A DNA stretch of 54,188 nt, from positions 1 through 54,188 of the forward strand of contig NW_021833823.1 in assembly GCF_006345805.1 (NCBI RefSeq). Reading direction: 5' to 3'. The notes under the pieces are model-generated. The model was not told the origin of the DNA. It made no database searches and saw only the letters and a program-made list of their open reading frames with translations. Made by a program: the position numbers and the translations under genes. Origin of the DNA: Octopus sinensis. Taxonomy: Eukaryota. Numbering within the stretch: position 1 is the first letter of the stretch; each line of letters begins with the position of its first letter. Shown here one piece after another: positions 38,941 to 53,019 of the stretch.

Positions 38941-39210
38941 ACACACACAACAGAGCTAGACGCAAACATTTCTCGTAGTTAGAGACATTAACAACACCAT
39001 CTATATACATATACATAAGTACGCACGTATGTATGCATGTATGTATTTATGTATTATGCATGCCTGTGTATATGTATATATATATGCATAGAGAAACACA
39101 TACGTATATGCATGTGTGTATATATGTATATCAATACATACATAAATATATATGCATCTATACATATATACACATACACACACACATATATATGTATGTA
39201 TGTATGTATG

Positions 39211-39244
<34 letters not shown>

Positions 39245-39789
39245 TGTATGTATGTATGTATGTATGTATGTATGTATGTATATATATATATATGTGTGTG
39301 TGTGTTATGTATGTATTTATGTATGTATGCACAGCTAAGCGCATACACATACAACACTGTGATTAGTTCAAGCATCGTCAGTAATACAAGGTAAAATATG
39401 AAAGGAATGTTTTTCTTGAAAACTATTATGTCTCCTAACCACCGCCGCCACCACCACAACCATGACCATCACCAGCACCACCCCCAAAGCACCTGGCGCC
39501 CCCACCATCACCGCCACCAGTACTACTAATAGTATTTAAGTGAAATTTGGTGTGGGGGAACAATTGTCTGTTTGGAACCAATATGTAACTAGTAACTGGA
39601 GACATCAATCCAAGAAGGATGAAAGCTAAAATTTATTTCTGTGGTACTTGGATGATGTCAATAATGGGATTTAAATAAAATCCCCGGATAAAATTTCTTC
39701 GATATTTTGTCGCTTCTGTGTTTTTCTTCCTAATTTTGGAAGAGGGCCGGGCAGTTTTAACAGCTTGTGTGTGTGTCTGTCATTTATAT

Positions 39790-40060
39790 CAAGCGCAGTG
39801 CTTAATTAGTACCTGTTTTATCGACTCTGAAAGGATGAATGGCAAAAGGAACAACGGTGGAATTTTAACTCGGGACGTAATGAGTAGGAAGTTATTTTGT
39901 GCGATGTCGTAACGATTCGGCTAGCTTGTCCCATTATGCTTTGAGATAATAATATTGGTTTCAAATTTTGGCACAAGGCCAGCAATTTTAGGGGACGGCT
40001 TAAGTCGATTACATGGACTTCAGTGCTCAACTGGTACTTATTTTATCGACCCCAAAAAAT
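39790..40060 (-). mobile_element. Two degenerate SINE family A fragments
   Basis: tttatcgac...gaaaggatgaatggcaaag; ccaaattttggcacaaggcc-like tail. Confidence 0.6.
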
Positions 40061-40559
40061 TTGCCATAGTAACATTGGTGGTTGGCGCAGTCTTTTGGGT
40101 CACCAGTTCCCGCCAAACAGCTCAACTCATGCCAGTACGGAATATGGATGATGATGATGATGACGAAGCTGATGATGCTGATGATGGCAATGAAGATGAT
40201 GATGATGATGTTGGTGATGATGATGATGATGATGATGATATTTGTATATACATTAATTCACAATGTGTGTGTGTGTGTGTGTGTGTGTGCAGATATGTAC
40301 GTGTGTGTCTATCTCTGTATGTATGTGAGTGTGTGTGCGTATGTGTGTGTGTGTGTATATACACCCACCCACACCCGCACACATATATGTATGTGATACG
40401 TGTGTGCTGTACGTGTGTGCGTCAAATTTTGTGGATAATGGAGCACCATGTTGATTTTTCCTTAATATCGAAAGGTGACCTAACCAATCGATAAACAGAG
40501 TTAGACAAAATAAATACCAGACTGAAGTAAACACCAAGGTCAATACGACCGACTACCGA

Positions 40560-40571
40560 AAGAAAGAAGGA

Positions 40572-40651
<80 letters not shown>

Positions 40652-40655
40652 AAAC
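40560..40655. repeat. (AAAG)n microsatellite
   Basis: Directly visible. Confidence 0.95.
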
Positions 40656-41663
40656 AAGAAAGGAATGTAAAGCAAAAAAAAAGAACACCCAGTCAATACA
40701 GTGCTCCAGCGTGGCCACAATCCAGCTTCTGAAACTTAGTAAATGAATACAAGAAAGTGAAATCACATAGCCTCTTCTTTGGCAAACATCAATGAGTCAT
40801 TTAAAGAAGACACGCCATTCACGCTAATTTAAACAGCTTCTCGACCATTGCTGTTGTTTGATGTGAAACATTTTGCCTGGCGCTATTTCTAGTGATGTAC
40901 TCAACTATTTAAATCAGTATCGAGATTTCATTTCGGCTGAGAGATTTCGAAGACATTCAATTAAATTTTGAACTAAACAGACCTTTGTTTTTAATACATA
41001 TGTTTGTCTCTTTGTCGGTGAGTATGTGCTTGCGTATGAGTGTTGTGTGTGTGTGTGTGTTTGTGTGTGTTTGTGTGTGATTGTGTTTGTTGTGTGTGTG
41101 TGTGTATTTGTGTGTGATTGTGTTTGTTGTGTGTGTGTGTGTGTGTGTGTGTGTATTTGTGTGTGATTGTGTTTGTTGTGTGTGTATGTGTGTATGATGT
41201 AATGGATGTGTATTTATTTGGAGTTATATGTATGTACGTTAATGCGTGTATGCTTGATGCGTAAATGTTCATATATTTCACGGGTGTATCTGCACGACAT
41301 ATTATGTATGTATGTGAGTGTGTGTTCAAGTCCACAAATGCACACACACACACACTAATATATGTATGTATGTATACACATACACGCAAACACACACGTA
41401 TACACACACATACATATGTACACTTACATAACACAAATTTGTAGTGTGATATTTGGATTCATAGAATCGTGTGTCTATCGGACAAAGCTCCTCTAGCGGA
41501 CTCGGCGAGCAGACTACATAGTGATCGAACACAGAGAAATATAATGGTGGGTTAGCTGCAGCTGCATTCTAGGAGATCGGATCGACAAGAATACTTCATG
41601 GGGAGTAAATAAACCATAAATAATCAGGAGTCGAAAGAGCTGAGTATATTTAATTAACTAATA

Positions 41664-41825
41664 GGCGCAGGAGTGGCCGTGTGGTAAGTAGTTTGCTTAC
41701 CAAACACATGGTTTCAGGTTCAGTCCCTCTGCGTGGCACCTTGGGCAAGTGTCTTCTACTATAGCCTCTGGCCGACCAAAACCTTGTGAATGGAATTGGT
41801 AGACGGAAACTGAAAGAAGCCCGTC

Positions 41826-41861
<36 letters not shown>

Positions 41862-42111
41862 GACGGGCTTCTTTCATATATATGTGTGTGTGTGTATGTG
41901 TGTGTGCGTTTGTATGTCTGTGTTTGTCTCCCCAACATCGCTTGACAACCGCTGCTGGTGTGTCTAGGTCCCCGTAACTTAGCGGTTCGGCAAAAAAACA
42001 CCGATAGAATAAGTACTAGGCTTCCAAAAAATAAGTCCTGGGGTCGATTTGCTCGACTAAAGGCAGTGCTCCAACATAGCCGCAGTCAAATGACTGAAAC
42101 AGGTAAAAGAG
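41664..42111 (+). mobile_element. SINE family B, full length
   Basis: ggcgcaggagtggccgtgtggtaag...tgactgaaacaggtaaaagag. Confidence 0.88.
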
Positions 42112-43159
42112 TACTTATTTTTAGGGTTACAGACGTTTTGCAGCCTTCATCATGTAACAGTAATTTCAATGTGTAATAAATTATTTTCACAGGACTAAAA
42201 TGCCTAGCGTCATTTCGTTCCATTTTACGTCTATGGTCTTTCATATTTTCGGGGTCGATAAAATAAGTACCAGATGAGCACTGAAGTCGAAATACTGGCC
42301 GTGTGCCAAAATTTGAAACCAATATAATATTGCTTGCGAAACAAATTGGGCTATGCTCTATATTTGTGAGATCACAATAAAGGAATACGGATGGTGTTTC
42401 ATTTCAAATTTTAATACCTTGTTGGGAAGTAGTTAGGAAATTCCCTATAAGAATTCGCCATTGTTAAATAGTGCGAGATTATACCTCCTTTGTTTTTGCG
42501 GATATTAAATCATTCATTCAGCAACGTGAATATGTTAATGCTTAATAGTTAGTGGCTGGCTTCAATATTGTTTAGAATATACTCACGGAACATCCATCTC
42601 ACTCTGAGCAGGTTATATATCCCCCAGCATTTAAAGTTCTGCTTAACTATGTGGATAATCTCAGCAAGGTGTTAGAATTTGAATGGATACAGAAATCATC
42701 GAACAAAACATCAACAGAAATATTAAAAAGGATAGAACATCTTCCCGAGTCATATAGACTCATAAGGTCACGTTTTTGGTTTCTATGGCACGTATATTCC
42801 CGATTGAACGAGACACCTATCTGTCGTATAAGTATTCATTTTGGCTAGCTGAGTGGAGTGGAGTGGAGCAAAGTGAAACGAAGTATTTTGCTCAAGAACA
42901 CAACACATCGTCCAGCCGGGAGATTGAAACTACAATCGAATAATCATGAGTCCAACGCCATAACGATTAAGCGATGTTTTAATAGAAATATTGTTGAGAT
43001 ATTGGACGTTAAAAATTATCTGCTCTTTTTACCGATATGTGTTGGAGAACATATCAATGAGACATTTGATATCAGGATGAACACCTCCGATGCATCTGAA
43101 ACATGTGAGCTAGATGGGTGGTATATATATATATATATCAGATAAATTTAGATAAATTA

Positions 43160-43420
43160 AGAACAAAAACAAATGCCTAATGGTAAAACCTGACAGGATG
43201 GTCATGCAGCGTCATATCCCAGAAAAGCTATATATTATAGATAATTATATGAATAACTCATTTGTACACTCAAATTATCCAGCGTTAATATTATAGTCAC
43301 CACCAATATAAATTTAGTTGATTTTCTGCGTATGACATTTGAGCTAGAGATCGATAAATATAAACCATATAGATTCAAGAAGAATACTTCATCCGCCGGA
43401 CCAACCTTCTAATAACTAAC
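43160..43420 (+). pseudogene. Short PLE reverse-transcriptase remnant
   Basis: TNINLVDFLRMTFELEIDKYKPYR resembles the recalled PLE motif TN.K.VNFLDVT.NL..G.YKPY. Confidence 0.5.
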
Positions 43421-43428
43421 ACCAAATT

Positions 43429-43467
<39 letters not shown>

Positions 43468-43468
43468 G

Positions 43469-43518
<50 letters not shown>

Positions 43519-46120
43519 TATAGATTGATAGATAGATAGATACACACACTTACAATATAAGTAGAAAACTCAAATATATTATCATATAAGGCTAGGTTTA
43601 ATAAAATTGGCAGTTATTACTATAAATCTTTTTAAAAATCGAGTTAAAAATCAGGGTCTTACTGAATGAGAAGCGGCAAGGGAAAAATATAAGAAGCGTA
43701 ACATGTTTCCTAAATCTACCAATGAAAACTGAAAATGAAATATAGCTACATATTTCTTAGATTAAATTTCGACACAATTCTCTAGTGGCCTTAATTATTA
43801 CATCCTGTTTAACAAAATTGTGCTACTGGTTAGTTACAGCTTTAGGAAAAATATAGGAAGCTCAATAATGTGTGAAATAAGAGGATTAATTTCGACAAAG
43901 ATTCAAGTTCGGGCTAACTGTGAATCCAGAGAAACCAGTCTGATTAACGAAAAAGAGTGAACAGAAATGCTTATCCACGAAGAAAAAACAAATATCTCAG
44001 GTGGGTAGCGCAGAAACTGAAAAAGACATCTTATATCGGCATGAGCAAAGGCATTTTAATAGTGGTTTGTTCAATTGTAAATCTATATTTCGAAATGAGA
44101 AGGTGTGGAATCACAACATTCTCAAGTTATGTATGACACTAACATTTCGAAATAATCTGAATTACGTACTAATGAAAACGATATACATTTCAATGTAATG
44201 ATAACAATGCACAGTGCGATATGATGATAATATCGAAAGAAAGAAATTCTTTAAACCAAAGATTCTTTAAACGAAAGATTCTTGATTGATTCATTCCCAG
44301 AATTAACTCTTTATAGTAAGATGTGACAAAGTCATTGTTTTCGACAAACCTGGTTTTGGATTTTGACAAATGTTATAAGTCAAGTATTTAATGTTGTTTG
44401 TGATTATTTTATGTTGCCTACTATCTTGAAAATTATAATCAACAGTTGTATTGGCAATAGAAGAGGTCATATTCCCGTCTACTCAACATATACTTACGCG
44501 GAAGAATTTCCCTGCTTTACATAAAAAAGGATTGTTAATAAGAAGGGCATCCAGCAGTAGAGACTATGCGAAAAAAATTGTAATGTATGTATAACATGTG
44601 TCCTTTAACAAATCGCAGAATAAGGACTGACACATAGTGTTATAAGACATACAGTACATACGAGCATGAAAAAAATGAAAACAAATTGAAGATGAGGATA
44701 ATACATACAAAATCATATACAGTTATATATATATTATATATATATAATATATAATATATATATATATTATATATATATATAATATATATAAATTATACGT
44801 GTATGTGTGGTGTGTGTGCGTGTGTGCGCGTATGTATGCGCGTGTGAGTGTACGTGCGTGCATGTGTGTGTGCGCACGTGTGGTAACTATAAAGAGTCAG
44901 GATATATGAGAGGTGAATATTTTTACCTAAACATTTGTCGTCCTTAAGATTGCGTCAGTATCGTAATCCTTCTTCATTGAATAATTTAATAAATTATGTT
45001 TATAAGTCTGCCGTAATATAAATGCTGCGTATTATACAGTGCAATTTTTTATTTGCAGATCAATGCAGATAAATGTAGACCATCAGATCACCAGAACATC
45101 ATAGTTATACCTATGCTTCATGTGTAAGTATACCTAGAAAATTTTCTCATAAAAGATTACTGACTTTAATTTTAACTACATTTTCTAACTACACCCCAAG
45201 ATACTTCTTATCTCAATGAATTGTAGTGAAACCAAAACAATACTCTCACCTACAAGGAGGCATATACACATAAGCATTAACCAACGAAAGAGCCCCAGCA
45301 TGGCCACAGCTTGTGAGCTGAAACTAATAAAAATAAAAAATAAAAATATAAATACAAAAATCCACACTCACAGAGCTGTACGCACTTATATCCATTAATG
45401 TACACACGCATCACACTGAGACAAACATTATTACACACACAGACATGTATATATACGTAAGCATTAACACATACTCAATGTCTATTTAAATACACAAATT
45501 GAAATAACATCCATATATCACAATACAAATATACATCAATATGTATATATATTGTGTGTATATATTTGCGTGTGCGTGAGTACTGTCTTTTGTGTGCGTA
45601 TGCTTGTGTGTTGAGTGTGTACATGTAGTTTCTGAGAACTCTATAAAAATATATGAATAAGATGGCTTGTGTGCTCTGCCAAAAGAAGCAGTGACTGTTA
45701 ATGGAAGTGATAGGTTCAAAGGAATATTGTCAGCAGGCGATTTAGAATAAAGGACTCAAAACAAGAGGAATGAAAGGCAAAATTAAAATCTATATTTGTG
45801 AGTCCAACAAAATATATTTTGTTTCGCTAGACGGTTTTTTCATGGGGTGGAAAAGTGGAGTCGCGCACGTGCACACACACATATATATGTATATGTATAA
45901 ATATACATATACATGTACATATATATTATATATACATACATATATATATATAGATATATGTATGGATATATTATATATATATATCCATATATATATGTAT
46001 GTATATATAATATATATGCACATGCATACACCTATATATGTACATGTATATGTATATTTATACATATACATATATATGTGTGTGTGTGTATGTGTGTGTG
46101 CACGTGCGCGACTCCACTTT

Positions 46121-46151
<31 letters not shown>

Positions 46152-46164
46152 AACGAGAGAGAGA

Positions 46165-46288
46165 TAGTAATGATGATGATAATCATGATGATGAGGCTGG
46201 TGATGACGATGATGACGATGATGATGATGGTTGATGACGATGATGATGACGATGATGATGATCATGATGATGATGATGATAATGAGGC

Positions 46289-46330
<42 letters not shown>

Positions 46331-46370
46331 CGATGATGACGATGATGATGATGACGACGACGACGATAGT
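46165..46370. repeat. (GAT)n microsatellite
   Basis: Directly visible. Confidence 0.95.
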
Positions 46371-46519
46371 TACTCGTAGTCCGAGAAAGGCGGTGTTGGA
46401 ATTTCTTACTGAACAATCTGCACGAACGAGTTGATCATAGGAAATAGCTCTGCTGTACGTTAGCTCTCTCCCTGTATCCAATCAATGTTGCTTGAACAGG
46501 TGTACAGTATGCCACACAT

Positions 46520-46640
46520 ATGGTGTCAAAGAGACTCCAGAGCAATGTGATATGAAATGTTTTGCTGAAGGTCTCAACGCAGAACCTGGTCCACGAATTG
46601 AAACCGCTATCTTGCGATCGTGAATGCACACTGCTACGCT
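46520..46640 (-). mobile_element. SINE family E fragment (tRNA-like head)
   Basis: Reverse complement ttagcgtagcagtgtgcattcacgatcgcaagatagcggtttcaattc. Confidence 0.55.
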
Positions 46641-47693
46641 AAATATTTATTCAGATACATACACAAAGATATATATGAATGCAGACACCGTGTTTAACCC
46701 GAATCTCTGAATCCATAGAAAGAAATCTTAAATTATTTATTTTAATCTTTGAAATTACAACAAATACTCAACTTCAAATGCCGGAGTTGGTAGTTCTAAG
46801 ACAGCCAAAGATTTTGACTCTATCGTTTCCATGGACTTTGAACTTTTCTTAACATCAGATATATTGTACAGATTTTATCGCATGTATATAACATCGTCTT
46901 CTTTATTGCATTGATAGTTCTGTGTCGATTCATAATATAGACTAATGTAAGCAGATAACCTGGCAGGAAAACAATCAAGAAGTTTTAGTTTTGGAGATGT
47001 CAATGAACTTTCAACTGGTTCGCGTCTATCGATCTACTCCATTGGAAACTTTTCTTCCAATAAATTTTTCTCACAAATTTAAGAAAATTTCATGGTAGAC
47101 CGTTTTGTTCATACCTCGGTTTCCGTAGTTTTGATAAACGAATGTATTGTAATTCAGAGATAAGCAAGGTAATATCATATCGATCTATGCTTCTTTTGTT
47201 ACGATATCGTTAAAAACGAAAAGAAGTATAGATTAATGTTTCACTAAATAACCTTGGCAAGCCATAATTCTTTAACTCCTAGACAATAATGTAACTTTCC
47301 ACATGGATCCAGAGTTTTAGAACACCAAATATATTTACTCTTTTTCTCTTTCCTTTTCACATTTCTAACTATTTTGCATGTTCCTGCTAATAGTCGTTCG
47401 CCATGATGAGTAACCGTCACCGAACCCGTTGTTATATTTGATATATGGTGAAATAGCGGATTTTGATATCGTTGCCCTTATCAGTGTCTCTATTATACGG
47501 ATATAGGTCTATACATCTTCGATCTTCGCTAGAAGGATTTGATTCTGATAGTTATTCAACCTCTACCCGTAGTTTAACTGCCAAACAGAAGCAATTTTCT
47601 TTGTGTAAGATCGTAGCATTAGTTTTAATTTTAATAGTGAGATATGAAATATATATTTACGTACAAACGTGATCACATACGCGCAGGAACACA

Positions 47694-47759
<66 letters not shown>

Positions 47760-47812
47760 ACTGCCATATAAATAGAAGCTCATAGAATCCATTCTACAAA
47801 TGCACCCTCATA

Positions 47813-47857
<45 letters not shown>

Positions 47858-48094
47858 TGCAACCCCCACAGAGACACACACATACATACATACATTTATG
47901 ATGTGGGGTACATTTGTAGAATGGATTCTGTGTTTATCTATGAGTGTGTGTGTGTGTGTGTGAGTGTTTGTACATTCATACATAAGAGTATTATGTATAT
48001 ACATACATACACACATGTGTGTGCGTGCATATATATATATATATATACATACATTATAGAATATGTATCCATGCATTTATATACATACATGCAT

Positions 48095-48129
<35 letters not shown>

Positions 48130-48189
48130 TACATATATTATATATATATATATATATATATTTATACATGTATATATGAATACATAGAA

Positions 48190-48226
<37 letters not shown>

Positions 48227-48896
48227 CATACAAATGCATACATGTATACATGCTTATATATGAAGACATTTATACATTTGCTGAGAACTAATGAGCTCAC
48301 TTTACAATCTTATCTGTGGTGATTAACTACGGCCGGCATAATAGTTATAGTGATATTAAGAGAGCACAATAACGACCACACTACCTCCGTCCACCTTCGT
48401 TTCAATCTGCCATCAACAAACCACACAAGCTTTAAAATCTTAACAAAGGACTGAATCTTATCTGGAAACCAATCTGCAGAGAACACCGAGCTATTTCCAT
48501 TGATCTCGTCGGCCATTAAGTTTTTACGAAATTCTTTAGAATGTTCGCTTAATTAGTCTCCGATTTAATATTCTCTACAAAATGCCTTCTGCTAATAATG
48601 TTCAGATGGGTTGTATTTGCTGTAATAATACTTTTATTGCTATTATTATGAAAGTCTATTGAGGGCTGAGATAAAATGCCCGATTAGATAACTGTAAGTA
48701 GTGAGTTCAAATCCGACGGGTTTCATCTTCACTCCAATCAGTCACCTTTTTGTAAGATAAAATACCAGTAAAAATACCAGGTTCTATATAAGATGGAATA
48801 GCTCAAGACGATGCCTGGTGTTGTTCAATTTTAGAATCGATGTAATTTTATACAGATTTACAAAAGACCAATTTTAGAAATCTATATATAATATTT

Positions 48897-48938
<42 letters not shown>

Positions 48939-48950
48939 GGTATGTGTATA

Positions 48951-49077
48951 GTAAAACGTTTGTTATAGGCATGTATAAGATAAAATCTTATATAAAAAAA
49001 CTACTAACAGAAAAAAATTTGTTAGTAGTGTTTTGTATACGATTTTATCTTATACATGCTTATAACAAACTTATTAC
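48951..49077. repeat. Fold-back inverted repeat (~55-bp imperfect arms)
   Basis: gtttgttataggcatgtataagataaaatc..actactaaca versus tgttagtagt..gattttatcttatacatgcttataacaaac. Confidence 0.85.
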
Positions 49078-49257
49078 TTGTTATTTTCGTATTTGAAATG
49101 ATTGGTATAGCAAGCTATTATTTTGATATGGAGAATATTTATTAGAAATATATCTTTCTGGGCCCCATAAAAAAGTATGAATTGTTCTACTTGAACTTAT
49201 TTCTCTCTCTCTCTCTCTCATACACCACACCCACACAAATATATATAATATATATAT

Positions 49258-49298
<41 letters not shown>

Positions 49299-49598
49299 AA
49301 GAATTGTTTTGGGGGTTGAAGTTGCACCTAAACCTCAAAACGTGTAGTCGTTTTAAAATTTTGTAATAGATTTATACAAATACCAAACTGCTTTCCACAA
49401 TTTTTTGTTCATCAAGAGTAAAAATATAAATATAAAAATAATTAATCAAGGAAAAACGTTTAGAAAAGTTTAAAGTTAGAAGGGAAAATTTGGAAAGGCC
49501 TGCTTAAACAAACAAATGGCCATCGATATTCCAATGATTTTCACAGAGACAGACTGTAATATATAAGTTTAAGTGTTTATTGTAGTTCATAGCAGTTA

Positions 49599-49675
49599 TA
49601 CGAGGAGGGTGCTGTGAAGTTCCTGACTTTGGGTAAAAGAAAATAAGGGTGGATCAGTTAATTATGATCGAGGAA
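49599..49675 (+). mobile_element. Possible mariner terminal fragment
   Basis: tacgaggagggtgctgtgaagttcctg resembles a mariner-type TIR; recall only. Confidence 0.35.
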
Positions 49676-49779
49676 GATCACAATTGCCGGCATTAAGAGA
49701 AAACAAGCAATAAAGAGAATACGAAAGAGCACATGAGAGGCATTACTTACCTCAAGTAGCCTCACCTACAGCTGATGTA

Positions 49780-49866
49780 CGTGTATACATATATATGTAT
49801 ATATATATATATATATAGATATATAATATATATATATAATATATATATATATTATATATAATATAG

Positions 49867-49913
<47 letters not shown>

Positions 49914-49952
49914 ATATATATATAATATATAATATAATATATAATATATCTA

Positions 49953-49990
<38 letters not shown>

Positions 49991-50162
49991 TATATATAAT
50001 ATAATAATATTAATATATATATAATATATATAATATATATATCTATATATATATATTAGATATATATATATATATATATATAATATATATATAATTATAC
50101 ATAATATATATATTATATAATATATATATAATAATATATATATATATATCTATATATATATA
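49780..50162. repeat. Long degenerate (AT)n tract
   Basis: Directly visible. Confidence 0.95.
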
Positions 50163-50171
50163 ACACACTTT

Positions 50172-51148
50172 CAGATATAGGGTAAAGAATTTATTATTCA
50201 ATAATTAATAAATTTTACCAAGTATTTCGGTATGGAAAAAAACCCATTATCGGTAAAAACTTATACATAAAGTATTTTTCTTTTTATATAATTATAAATA
50301 TAATTAAGGCTTTAGCAACAAGTTGCTTCAACACATACCGAAAATTCAAAAATAGCGGCCAAAAGACAGCTAATTCTTTTAACAAGAAATATGACTCCAC
50401 AGACAAGTATATTTGTAACTCACACAGGCAAAAAGAAGATAAAATAACGAAATCAAACAGTCTACGATTAATTATGGACGCGTTCCTGGATTACAAATTT
50501 ATTTCCTTCATCGGCATAATATTTCGAGAATTATAAATTTAAAAATGCTAGAAACCTACCCTTGGCATCTTCGACCAAGCACCATCGAAACATAAGACAA
50601 GGTAGTCAGCACTTCCAAACTTATATATATTTCTTTACTACCCACAAGGGGCTAAACACAGAGGAGACAAACAAGGACAGACAAACGGATTAAGTCGATT
50701 ACATTGACCCCAGTGCGTAACTGGTACTTAACTTATCGACCCCGGAAGGATGAAAGGCAAAGTCGACCTCGGCGGAATTTGAACTCGGAACGTAACGGCA
50801 GACGAAATACGGCAACGTATTTCGCCCGGCGTGCTAACGTTTCTGCTAGCTCGCACTTCCAAACTTATATAGACGAGTGATTTCATATCTTCCCTCCAAG
50901 ATTACCATGTGCGTCACAAGATAGTACCGCAGAAAAAAACTACAGTTTGCCACCAGGGAGTGAAATAATCATTACAGATATAGAGTAAAGAAATATTAAT
51001 TTGATAATTTATAAATTTTACCTAGTAGTTTCGGTATGGAAAAAAACCATTATCGGTAAAAACTTGTACAAAAAAGTTTTTTTTTATATAATCATAAATA
51101 TAATTTAGGGTTTTTCGGTATGTGGTGAAGCAACCTTTTGCTAAACCC
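50172..51148. mobile_element. Pair of ~170-bp diverged direct repeats (50172-50344, 50975-51148), possibly PLE-like terminal repeats
   Basis: cagatatag(g/a)gtaaagaa...tttcggtatggaaaaaa..cattatcggtaaaaactt shared; offset 803 bp. Confidence 0.6.
50628..50854 (-). mobile_element. SINE family A with ~17-19-bp TSD
   Basis: TSD gcacttccaaacttatata at 50609-50627 and 50853-50871. Confidence 0.9.
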
Positions 51149-51149
51149 T

Positions 51150-51788
51150 TGTTTACCGGGGCTAAGCCATTCCTTACGCTGCTTCATATTGATCTACAGG
51201 CACCAGTTTTCGTTGCCAGTAACAATTCGGTAAAGAAATCTTTGCTTGTGACCACGAGTTGAGCGGTGACGAGCGGAGATTGTGGCTCGTTGATTTTTGT
51301 TGTTGTCACTTAAAGCATGCGGAACCCATGCTCCATACTTCTGAACCTTTCCCATCGCATTCTATTTTCTTTGCCAGTTCCCTTGTAGTTTGACAAGATT
51401 TTTCGTGCAAAAGTTGGTTTAATCGCTCTTCATCGAACTCAACTGGACGGCCAGAACGAGGTGCGTCTTTGAGGTCAAAATTTCCATTTATGAACTTGGC
51501 ATATCAATCACGAGCTGTTCTTTCATACACAGCACAAATGCCGCGAGCAGCTTTTGCGGCCTTACAACCTTGATTAAAAGCAAAAAGAAGGAGGTGTCGA
51601 AAATGCTCGTTTTTCTTAACTTTACATTCTATTTTAATGATCTGAAAATAAACAAAAATTAACTAAAATTGACTAGAAAAAAAAAACACAAAGCAAAATA
51701 GATTCCAAAATGATTCAAAAATAGAATGCTCGAAAAAAATAGATTCCAAAATTTAAAAGACGGCGTGAACTTAGTTGCCAACCCAATA
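51150..51788 (-). mobile_element. Mariner transposon 5' half (TIR plus truncated transposase)
   Basis: TIR-like tattgggttggcaactaagttc at the 51788 end; EHFRHLLLFAF, GNFDLKDAPRSGRP, GAWVPHAL, RIVTGNENW motifs. Confidence 0.9.
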
Positions 51789-51915
51789 GTTTAGTTTCGA
51801 TATAAGCCTAGGGTGCTTTGATCGTCTATATTTCGAACTGCTTTCAAATTTAGAATATTATTCAACAATAACTACCATATTTCATAAATTGTAAAAAAGT
51901 GTATATTTAAAATGA

Positions 51916-52018
51916 AATTGCTTACAAAGATTATTAAATTGCTTGTAAAAATTATTCTCTTGGTTGCAAAGATTATTCTCTTGGTTGCAAAGATTATTCT
52001 CTTGGTTGCAAAGATTAT
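51916..52018. repeat. 21-bp minisatellite
   Basis: gattattctcttggttgcaaa x3 plus two diverged units. Confidence 0.85.
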
Positions 52019-52058
52019 TAAGTAGGTAGAAAATTCCTATAACAAGAAAAGTATTGAC

Positions 52059-52330
52059 AGTGACTTCGAGGTTTTGGCCAGCTAATCCGTCATCGGACTT
52101 TGGTCATTTGTGTTAATCTTGGCATTATATAGTCTGTGAAATTTTGATTTTCTTGTGTAAGGTGAGTTATTTATAGTTCTCATTAGGATGTTTGGTAGGT
52201 TGTGTCGGAGAGGTGTTATGGAGAATTGTTATTGATTAAATTTGGGGTTGTTATTGCTAAGAAATTATTCATGCAATGCACGTAGAACTTTGTACCCAAG
52301 TGTATCTATTTAGGCATGTCATCTTCAGGT
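52059..52330 (-). mobile_element. Possible PLE remnant ending in a decayed HHR motif
   Basis: TPLRHNLPNILMRT (PLE linker-like), then agt-CCGATGA...AAAA-CCTCGAAGTC-act. Confidence 0.4.
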
Positions 52331-53019
52331 CATAGGGGTTCGTAAACGAATGTAGTTAGATTAAAGGTGTATATTGATCATCAGATATGTCAATGGGTTT
52401 AATTGTTGTTGGTTTTATTAGGATACAAATGTGATATTTAATATCTGGTTTTGAGTGTGTGAAGATTAAAATTCAGCATTCACTCCTGTATTTAAACCTT
52501 TGAAATTAGGTGTGTTCATTTAGGTGTGCCGAGTTTCAGGTAATGGAGTTTTTCAGGGTTCAAAAGTCAAAAGAATGTAGGCAGGTGGTAAGATTTAAAT
52601 GGTTAGCTAGCTTCTTACTTTTTGTTAGTGTTATTTAGGTTTTTCACCGATTTGTATTGGGCAGGTGGAAGTTATTAATTCAGCATATCATGGTGTTATT
52701 AATATGGAAAATCTGTTAATTTCATGTTTTAATTTTCACATGAGGATGTATGTAAGTTTTAAAGATGTTAGTAATCATATTTGTGACTAGCGATCACTGT
52801 TCTAGAAGTTATTCGATTGCTTCTTCATTGTTCGGGATTTTAAAATTTCGAGTTTATTTTTGGTATGAAATATGTCTTTATGATGCCCTTCCTAACTCTT
52901 TAGATATTGCGTTATATTTAAATTCCGAGAAACATTGAAATAATTTCTTACTATTGTGTATTTTGTGCCTATGCTTGTGACTTCGTCCTTGTAATTTTTT
53001 CACAGCTGTACTATTATTT

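Noticed and set aside
50214-50262. CCGAUAA...GAAA hammerhead-like pattern (also ~51018-51062, minus strand)
   Set aside because: C3/A8 mismatch, stem II out of register and stem I unpaired at the first position; not a credible ribozyme as it stands
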